From assembly GCA_947499305.1 (NCBI GenBank), contig CANMNN010000016.1, positions 8,614 through 72,613 on the forward strand: a stretch of DNA of 64,000 nt. Reading direction: 5' to 3'. A model generated the notes under the pieces. That model ran no database searches, was not told the origin of the DNA, and worked only from the letters and a program-made list of their open reading frames with translations. The position numbers were made by a program, and so were the translations under genes. Source of the DNA: an uncultured Arenicella sp. Lineage in GTDB: Bacteria; Pseudomonadota; Gammaproteobacteria; Arenicellales; Arenicellaceae. Below, piece by piece: positions 57,232-64,000 of the stretch; the first letter of the stretch is position 1, and the number at the start of each line of letters is the position of its first letter.

Positions 57232-58764
57232 ATGTTAAAAACACTTTCTAAATGGTTTCTACGCATTTTAGTTGGCCTAATCGTTCTTACCGTAGCCGTT
57301 TTGTTTTGGTACAAAGGCGCTATTAAAGGTATATACGGCGCCAATACGGAGGTCGCCGATCACACGGCTTTTGCGAGGCCAACCGAATTTGTCGCAGTTA
57401 CCAATGTTCATGTCTTAGCGCCAGATGGCCAAACTATGTTGCCAAATCGCACGGTTGTCATTGATGAGGGAAAGATCATTTCGGTTTCGGACGCAGCCGA
57501 AGTTCCCACAAATGCAAAGGAAATTGATGGGCAGGGTAAATATCTGATTCCGGGGTTGGTCGATTCGCACATGCATCTGCATAGAAGCCCTAATGATCTA
57601 CTGTTGTACGTTGCCAATGGCATCACTCATATTCGAGATCTAGGCGGCTATGCCGAAAACTTGGAATTGCGAGAAGAAATCGAGCAAGGTCGAGTTGGGC
57701 CTCGCATGTTTGTGGCATCGCCGCCCATCAATACAAAGGGTTTTATCGAAGGCACTATTTTCGAATTCTTGACGTTTCATAAAACGGCTCGTGATGTCGA
57801 GCAAGCCAACGAAATGGTCAAAGAATTTGTAGATCAAGGTTATGACGCGATTAAAACGTATCACCTTGATATGCCCAGCTACCGATCCGTCAACAAGTTA
57901 GCCGCCGAACTTGGCGTCTCAACAGTCGGGCATTTCCCATTAAGTATGGAACTGTCTGAGCTTAAAATCACACAGCAGCGTGAAGTGGCGCATCTTGAGG
58001 AAATTATCAGTGTGCTTATTCGTGAATTCGGTTCAATAAATAAGAACGGCAGTGATAACTTCTTTAAGCATGTCGAAGCTCGTAGTGATGAAATTATCGA
58101 TGATTTACTCGCAAAGGATATGACGGTTAACTCAGTGTTACTTTACATGGAGAATATTCATGATCAATTCAGCGACATCGAATCTAAGCTGAAAACTATT
58201 CCTCTCGAATATGCGAACCCAGCACTGGTAGAGGGCACAAAATTAATTCCAGGCTATAGAATAGGGTGGTTGCCTGGGTTCAATCAATTTGAAGCCGTGA
58301 GCGACCCTTCGGATGCTGAATACAAAGAGTATGACATCTACTGGAGAGCGCGTGAGAAAGCACATCATATTCTCCTAAAAGCGATGATTAAACGTAACGT
58401 TAAGATAGTAGCCGGTTCAGATTCTGGTGGGTTTCTTGTCGTTCCAGGGTTTGCTCTGCACAAAGAACTGCAGTCGCTCAACCAAGGCGGTATGAGCACA
58501 GCGCAAACGCTCGCGACAGCAACTAAAAATCCAGCGGTGTTGATGAATAGTGACGCAGGTTCGGTTGAAGCAGGCAGACGAGCCGACTTATTGCTGCTCA
58601 ATAAAAACCCGCTTACCGATATCAAAAACACCCAAGCTATTGATACTGTAATTCTCAAAGGCCGCGTCTTTGACCGCCAAGCGTTAGACGCCATGCTCAA
58701 GGCTGTGAAAGACGCCAATCAAAGAAGTAGGAAGGTTAATATTGATGACTACCTTAACGGTTAA
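57232..58764 (+). CDS. Amidohydrolase family protein with N-terminal membrane anchor
   Basis: LIPGLVDSHMHL (HxH), DAIKTY, GHF, AHLEE, AGSD, GRRADLLLL. Confidence 0.88.
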   Translation: MLKTLSKWFLRILVGLIVLTVAVLFWYKGAIKGIYGANTEVADHTAFARPTEFVAVTNVHVLAPDGQTMLPNRTVVIDEGKIISVSDAAEVPTNAKEIDGQGKYLIPGLVDSHMHLHRSPNDLLLYVANGITHIRDLGGYAENLELREEIEQGRVGPRMFVASPPINTKGFIEGTIFEFLTFHKTARDVEQANEMVKEFVDQGYDAIKTYHLDMPSYRSVNKLAAELGVSTVGHFPLSMELSELKITQQREVAHLEEIISVLIREFGSINKNGSDNFFKHVEARSDEIIDDLLAKDMTVNSVLLYMENIHDQFSDIESKLKTIPLEYANPALVEGTKLIPGYRIGWLPGFNQFEAVSDPSDAEYKEYDIYWRAREKAHHILLKAMIKRNVKIVAGSDSGGFLVVPGFALHKELQSLNQGGMSTAQTLATATKNPAVLMNSDAGSVEAGRRADLLLLNKNPLTDIKNTQAIDTVILKGRVFDRQALDAMLKAVKDANQRSRKVNIDDYLNG

Positions 58765-59062
58765 CCAGCCATAGTCATTGAACCGAACTAGTACGTCTTA
58801 ACGTGACAAAAAATTGAGCCTATAAAAACAGTAGAGTCCGATAGAGTTTTAATAAAGTTAACTCTAAGCTCATTAGTTAGAGAGGCGGCAAATTTTGGTC
58901 TGCCGCCAATCGTTTCGAGTATTTGGACTGTTTTTATCAAAGACAAGGCAAGGCCGAAGCTAGTGAAATATCTTTCTATCATGTCGATAGAAGCGGTACG
59001 TAGGGTAGTTCTCTGAACCTATATCACAAGATACTTTGTAGTTCTGGTAAGCCCTTGCGTAC

Positions 59063-59095
59063 AAAAAGCCGCCTAGGAGGAGATCTAGGCGGCTT
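59063..59095 (-). terminator. Intrinsic terminator downstream of the TonB-dependent receptor
   Basis: AAGCCGCCTAG-8 nt-CTAGGCGGCTT with an A tract (U tail on the minus strand). Confidence 0.85.
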
Positions 59096-59138
59096 CTTTG
59101 TTACTTCCAATAAAGTAGATATTAATCTTAATTATTTA

Positions 59139-62100
59139 TTAGAAGTTACCCCGTATTCCGAATGAGACTCGACGGTCAGATTCAGAATATTTCCAAATGC
59201 CGCCGAGGGCATTATTTCTAAGAGTAGGCTCTTCTAATACGTTTACTATATTAAAAACAGCCGTCAATGAATCATTGATGTCATAGCTTGCTGAAATATC
59301 CAGCTGACCGCGATCGTCAACAAAAACATTTCCTGACGTTGGATCAAATAACGGGTCTGATTCATCGTTAGTCGAACTACCAAGTGCCAATTCTCCAATT
59401 CGCTCTACACGACGCTCTTCTTCGTCATCTAAGTAGCTATCACGAAAGTTATACGCTGCACGTAGTTGCAGGCGCTCTCCTTCCCAATAAACTTGTGCGT
59501 TGAACGTATTTTCAGAAATGTTTAGTAGCTGATTGCCGTTAGGTTGTGCACTATCTGCATAGGTGTAGTTAAGTCCGAAGCCTAAGTTAGACCAAACACC
59601 AGGCAAAAAATCTAAGCTTTGTTGGTAACCAAGCTCAATACCTTCAACAGTACCGCTCTCACCATTAGAGCGCGATTGATTTACGATACCTGTTAAGCCT
59701 TGAGAGGCAAGGGCCGCAAGCGCTGCGATTCCATCATCTTGGTTCGGAAACGCGCTTCTCGACGTTAGCACAATATTAGGGTTGTCAATACCAGGAGTAT
59801 CAAGCAAACAAATGTTATCAAACTCAGTAGTGTTTTGCGCAGCAGCAAGAGGGCTAGCAGCACAACTAGATGTGTTGTTTAAAAATGATTCAATGTCTTT
59901 ATAGAAAATAGCAACAGAAACAACATTACCTGAACCCCAATAATGCTCTAATGACAAGTCATATTGAGTAGCACGGAACGGATCTAATTCTACTGAACCT
60001 GAAGACGCATTCACAATCGCAGTGTCGATATTAAGCGCAGAACTTAACTCAACAAAATCTGGACGACGCAATACTTCAGCGTAGGCAAATCGTAGTTGAG
60101 TGCTATCGTTAATTCGATAGTTGATGTTTACGCTAGGTAATGTATCGTCATAACTATTGGTATCAGTGACTAGTTGACCATTCTCAAATGACGTTGATGT
60201 AAGATCAGTCTCAACGTAACGTACGCCAATGTTGGCACTCAATCGCCCATAATCGATATCAGCCGTTACATAGAATGCATCTGTGTCTTCGGTAATATCT
60301 CGGAAAGAGTTTTGGTCAAGAAACCTATTGTCAGCTAGATCACCCGATAACGCTAGGTTAGTACCCGCTAGTAAGCCTTGCACCACATCAAACGTACCTT
60401 CTAAATCCGCTAACTGTGTACCAAGAAAGACCAAGAAAGCTTCATTATCGAATTGCCCACTTCGACCAGTCTGGCTAAACAAGTTCTCTCGAGCAACAAC
60501 GCCTGTTGATCCAGGGAACAATGCTTCTATATCGGCGATGCCTTGAGAAGTAGGTCTGCCGTTTGAATCAAATGTTGAGCGATGGATGTTATTTGGATTT
60601 AGTGTTGGATTGCCATCACCATTAAGGTCAATACCAAACACATTATCTACGAAATTATATTCGCGTTCAGTTGCACGGTAGCCCGCTTTAAGAGTGTGAA
60701 CAATTTCCGAGCCAGTATCAAATTCAAAATCTATGCGAGCGGCAGTTTCTTCATTCTCGATAACTGCTTCATTGTGAAAAAGAGCACGGAACGTTAAATT
60801 TTCAGGATTCAAGTATGGGTTAACAGGCGCACCCGTAACTTGATCTGAGAAGGTAACGCTCGGAAGGTTGTCGCCACTTTGTGAAAAGAACAAATTTACA
60901 TCACTACGACAGTTGAATGTACCGAGGCATCCGTCAACAAAATTACCTGCAATTTCTCCAGCTTCAACGGCATCAGCATATTGCTCAAATCGCGTTCTAT
61001 TTATTGGACGTAAATTGAACTCAGTTCTAGGTTGCACAGTGTCTGAAGTCGCTCTTGAAACTTCAGCAGACACTCTTAGTCTGTCGGTGATATTCCACTC
61101 ACCACCTAATGCGGTTGTATCAGATTCGGTCTCGCGAAATTCCGCCCAAGTTTTCGGAATTGCAAACGCGCCGTCTAATGTGTAGTTGTTTAAATCACCG
61201 TTGCCATTGACAGTCGTTCTCGAATCAAATACTGCAGAGCCACCAACCTCAAGAATTTGGTTGCCATCTTGCGAACCAGAACGGTCTGTGGTGTTGTACT
61301 CGAAATATATGTTACCAGCACCTGATGCTGGCGCCCATTGCAATGAAAGGTTAGCGGCTGTTCGCTCACGTACTTCGGTAAATGTTTCTAATGTATTTTG
61401 ATCACGAAGAACGTAAGATCCATTTGCTGCAGGTGATGGACCAAGAAGCGCATTAAGCTCTTGGCCTTGAGCGCTATCAGCAGTAATAATATTCTGATTG
61501 TTATTGAAGTTATCTTGACGGATTTCTCTGTCTTGATATGACACATTGAAAATTGCGCCAAAGCTACCAGCGTCGCCGAGATCCCAGTTATTACCAATAG
61601 ATCCACTTACAACTGGCGCCCATTCTTCTGTTTTGTCAGCAAATTCACCGTCAACAGAACCGGCAACGGTCAAACCATTTAACTCTAGTGGACGAAACGT
61701 TTTTAAACTAACGGTACCGCCCAAGGCGCCTTCAATCATATCGGCTGTTGGTGATTTAACCACCTCAATCGATCTTACGAAACTTGCTGGGAAATCATCT
61801 AGAGCAATACCGTCACGAGAATCGCCAACGGTAGTACGGCCATTTAGTTCAACGCGATTTTGCGATAAACCACGAATTGATACACCTTCACCAACGCCAA
61901 AATCTCTATTAAGAGAGACCCCGGTTATACGTTGTAGAGCTTCTGCAATATTATTATCTGGAAGTTTACCGATGTCTTCGGCAACGATAGCGTCAACAAT
62001 ACGCTTATCATTTCGCTTTACATCAGCCGCTCTCGATAAGCTTGCTCTGATGCCAGTGACAATAACTTCTTCTAAAGCCGCATCAGCTGCATCTTCCTGC

Positions 62101-62564
62101 TCTTGTGCTACAACGTTAGCAGTACCGCACATTGATAAAACTGCGGCAGCCACTATTTTCTTTCTAAATCTGAAACCTGTATCAAATCTAGATGATTTAT
62201 TTTTCTTCATTTTATTTCCATCGACCTCATTGATGTTTTGTGAAATCGTGATGACTCCACTCTCCGTAAGGTCCCCTCTCAAGCCAGTTCCCTGTAGCAT
62301 TACCGAAAGCGCATCAGTTAAGGTGCATCTTCCAACCACAGGGTTAGACTCTTCGAGCTGTACAGTCTCGTATGGAAACAACAGCAGCTTGCTGGTACTT
62401 CCAGCAAGCGCATTAAGTGCCGACTCTATCCCTTGTCTCGGAATATTAAAGTCGAAAACTTCTTTTTGTTCTGCTTTAGCAATACTCATTAAGCAACAGA
62501 GCAAACCCAGAATAAGTATGCAATGAAACCATCGAGCACTTGCGCTCCATCCTCTCATGGTCAA
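59139..62564 (-). CDS. TonB-dependent receptor/transducer with N-terminal STN signalling domain
   Basis: FDFNIPRQ...ALNALA STN domain; TonB box EEVIVTGIRASL; AEDIGKLPDNNIAEALQRITGV; C-terminal FGIRGNF. Confidence 0.93.
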   Translation of the reverse strand: MTMRGWSASARWFHCILILGLLCCLMSIAKAEQKEVFDFNIPRQGIESALNALAGSTSKLLLFPYETVQLEESNPVVGRCTLTDALSVMLQGTGLRGDLTESGVITISQNINEVDGNKMKKNKSSRFDTGFRFRKKIVAAAVLSMCGTANVVAQEQEDAADAALEEVIVTGIRASLSRAADVKRNDKRIVDAIVAEDIGKLPDNNIAEALQRITGVSLNRDFGVGEGVSIRGLSQNRVELNGRTTVGDSRDGIALDDFPASFVRSIEVVKSPTADMIEGALGGTVSLKTFRPLELNGLTVAGSVDGEFADKTEEWAPVVSGSIGNNWDLGDAGSFGAIFNVSYQDREIRQDNFNNNQNIITADSAQGQELNALLGPSPAANGSYVLRDQNTLETFTEVRERTAANLSLQWAPASGAGNIYFEYNTTDRSGSQDGNQILEVGGSAVFDSRTTVNGNGDLNNYTLDGAFAIPKTWAEFRETESDTTALGGEWNITDRLRVSAEVSRATSDTVQPRTEFNLRPINRTRFEQYADAVEAGEIAGNFVDGCLGTFNCRSDVNLFFSQSGDNLPSVTFSDQVTGAPVNPYLNPENLTFRALFHNEAVIENEETAARIDFEFDTGSEIVHTLKAGYRATEREYNFVDNVFGIDLNGDGNPTLNPNNIHRSTFDSNGRPTSQGIADIEALFPGSTGVVARENLFSQTGRSGQFDNEAFLVFLGTQLADLEGTFDVVQGLLAGTNLALSGDLADNRFLDQNSFRDITEDTDAFYVTADIDYGRLSANIGVRYVETDLTSTSFENGQLVTDTNSYDDTLPSVNINYRINDSTQLRFAYAEVLRRPDFVELSSALNIDTAIVNASSGSVELDPFRATQYDLSLEHYWGSGNVVSVAIFYKDIESFLNNTSSCAASPLAAAQNTTEFDNICLLDTPGIDNPNIVLTSRSAFPNQDDGIAALAALASQGLTGIVNQSRSNGESGTVEGIELGYQQSLDFLPGVWSNLGFGLNYTYADSAQPNGNQLLNISENTFNAQVYWEGERLQLRAAYNFRDSYLDDEEERRVERIGELALGSSTNDESDPLFDPTSGNVFVDDRGQLDISASYDINDSLTAVFNIVNVLEEPTLRNNALGGIWKYSESDRRVSFGIRGNF

Positions 62565-62722
62565 GGAGAGGGCAATTGGTTATCGCCCCATCTAGACCTT
62601 ACGTAATAGAAGATCTCTGATGACGGGAAAACCTCAGTAAAAAAAATGATATTTTTCATTTACCCAAAAGTTGATGTTCTTATTAATATGAAAATCTCCG
62701 AAAAAAGAAGTACTCGCATGAT

Positions 62723-63787
62723 TTACATTCGGCGCTTATCGCCTTTGGATGATTTCAAGTGTACTAGGCGTTCGTCAATATACTCAACTTCTATACCAAA
62801 CCCCGTTTCTAATGCCTCAAACATCTTATCAGTTTCACCGGCATCAAAGATCCCCCCTATACGGAGATCGCGCAAATCAGAATCTAAAATCACAATTGAT
62901 AAAGGCGAATAGCGACTTATTTCTTCAACAACTTGAGTTAGCGGTTCGCCCGTGAATTTTAACTTCCCATAATGCCAAGCCGGCACAATTGATGTATCAG
63001 GAAGTTCCTTTGTCTCGATAGAGCCAACTACTTGATCAAACTCGGCAACATTCCCAGCACTCACAATTGAACTCGCTGGCGCGTCAATTGTGGCATCTGA
63101 AGATGAAGCGTCGCGAACTGGCTCACGAATCGAATCGATTTCAACACTGCCATGCGTGACCGTAATATCTACCGTAGTTTTTTTAAGATAGACTGAAAAA
63201 GCGGTGCCAACTGCACGCACCTTACTTTTACCTGCAAACACTCTAAATGGCCGTTCAGTCATCGACTTTACATCAAAGTGAGCTTCACCCTCAATCAGGT
63301 ATATGTCTCTGAATTCAGAGTTATAGGCAACGCTAAAGTGGCTGTCTGTATTCAGCAATACAGTGGACGAGTCGGGGAGCGTAATAAGCCTCTGCTCACC
63401 AATATCAGTCGAATACGATTTTAGCTCTTGCACAGTGTGTATTTCAGGCGTTGCCTGAACCCAAAAATCCATTTTCAATCCTACCGTTGCTAGCACGGCA
63501 ACGATCGCTAGTGTCGCCATACCAAACGGCAACGTCGCGGCCGGAAAAAATCCCCGAGCGCGCTCTGTTTTAGGCTTATGCGGATCGGTCGGCACCGCCA
63601 ACAAGGTCAGGTCATTCAGATCGTCCCAACGCTGAGCTACACGTCTTATTTCAGTTCTGTGTTCCTTACTATTCGCCATCCAAGCTTTAAGCTCGTCGCG
63701 CTCACTTTCAGAGAGGTCGGCTTCATGTAATTTAGCAACCCATTCGCAAGCCTGCCGAGTAATATTGCTATTGTTAGAAGTTTTCAT
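62723..63787 (-). CDS. FecR family anti-sigma/signal transducer
   Basis: RQACEWVAKL, STDIGEQRLITLPDSSTVLLNTDS, GEAHFDV, VRAVGTAFSV, AWHYGKLKF. Confidence 0.93.
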   Translation of the reverse strand: MKTSNNSNITRQACEWVAKLHEADLSESERDELKAWMANSKEHRTEIRRVAQRWDDLNDLTLLAVPTDPHKPKTERARGFFPAATLPFGMATLAIVAVLATVGLKMDFWVQATPEIHTVQELKSYSTDIGEQRLITLPDSSTVLLNTDSHFSVAYNSEFRDIYLIEGEAHFDVKSMTERPFRVFAGKSKVRAVGTAFSVYLKKTTVDITVTHGSVEIDSIREPVRDASSSDATIDAPASSIVSAGNVAEFDQVVGSIETKELPDTSIVPAWHYGKLKFTGEPLTQVVEEISRYSPLSIVILDSDLRDLRIGGIFDAGETDKMFEALETGFGIEVEYIDERLVHLKSSKGDKRRM

Positions 63788-63793
63788 CGAGTA

Positions 63794-64000
63794 TCACTTA
63801 AGTTTTTTAGCTGAGCTAGAGTCAGAGTTATATTGAATATTTTCCGCAGTACCTTTAACAGACACCTTTCCAAACGCGTTTGTACGGTTAGGGCCTCGAT
63901 CAATGCTTTCTGCTTTATCAATGTAGGCGTTGCAAATTTCTAAACCGCGAGCAATGTGCTTCTCTACACCACTGACGGAAATCTCAAGATGTGAGGCTAT
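63794..64000 (-). CDS. FecI-like ECF sigma factor, C-terminal part (runs off the window)
   Basis: Hand translation IASHLEISVSGVEKHIARGL (region 4.2); TGA at 63796-63794; directly upstream of fecR. Absent from the ORF track. Confidence 0.88.
   Translation of the reverse strand: MASHLEISVSGVEKHIARGLEICNAYIDKAESIDRGPNRTNAFGKVSVKGTAENIQYNSDSSSAKKLK

Noticed and set aside
58788-58982. 64-aa ORF downstream of the TonB receptor terminator
   Set aside because: No RBS or motif; cannot be supported.
61546-62526. 326-aa plus-strand ORF
   Set aside because: Antisense shadow of the TonB receptor with Ser/Thr/Pro-rich non-protein-like composition.
62646-62955. Short plus-strand ORFs at the fecR 3' end
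   Set aside because: Antisense to fecR and to the receptor promoter region.
1-64000. tRNA, rRNA, CRISPR arrays, IS elements, integrases, prophage genes
   Set aside because: None recognised by eye. tRNAscan-SE, cmscan and ISEScan would be needed to exclude them formally.

Overview
This window is a gene-dense chromosomal segment of a bacterium. Gene content and moderate GC point to a marine gammaproteobacterium (inference). It opens in metK and closes inside a FecI-like ECF sigma gene. Housekeeping and transport genes include metK, apt, an AI-2E transporter, TauE, an ABC exporter, an LpxR-family protein, a patatin and a lipocalin. A split xylose/glycan locus has xylA, a sugar porter, an NrtR-type regulator, GH3 and GH5 together, with xylB about 21 kb away. 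Other modules are an Lrp / PrnB(IDO)-like / kynureninase-like Trp-catabolism unit, an OmpR two-component system with a YbbAP-like ABC transporter, and a FecIR-type TonB-dependent signalling unit. The strongest candidate for an undescribed system is an AT-rich six-gene operon at 14800-21748: ECF sigma, a coupled 48-aa sORF missed by the ORF track, a membrane anti-sigma-like protein, a heme peroxidase, an orphan protein, and a signal-peptide-bearing TPR-CHAT (caspase-like) protease. Further leads are a TonB receptor carrying a second, internal signal peptide, an unannotated Csr/Rsm-like sRNA, a MazG + UPF1-like helicase pair, a cryptic amber-interrupted gene, and several operator-like motifs. 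I found no rRNA, tRNA, CRISPR array, transposase or integrase. All family assignments come from motif recognition by eye; no database searches were run.
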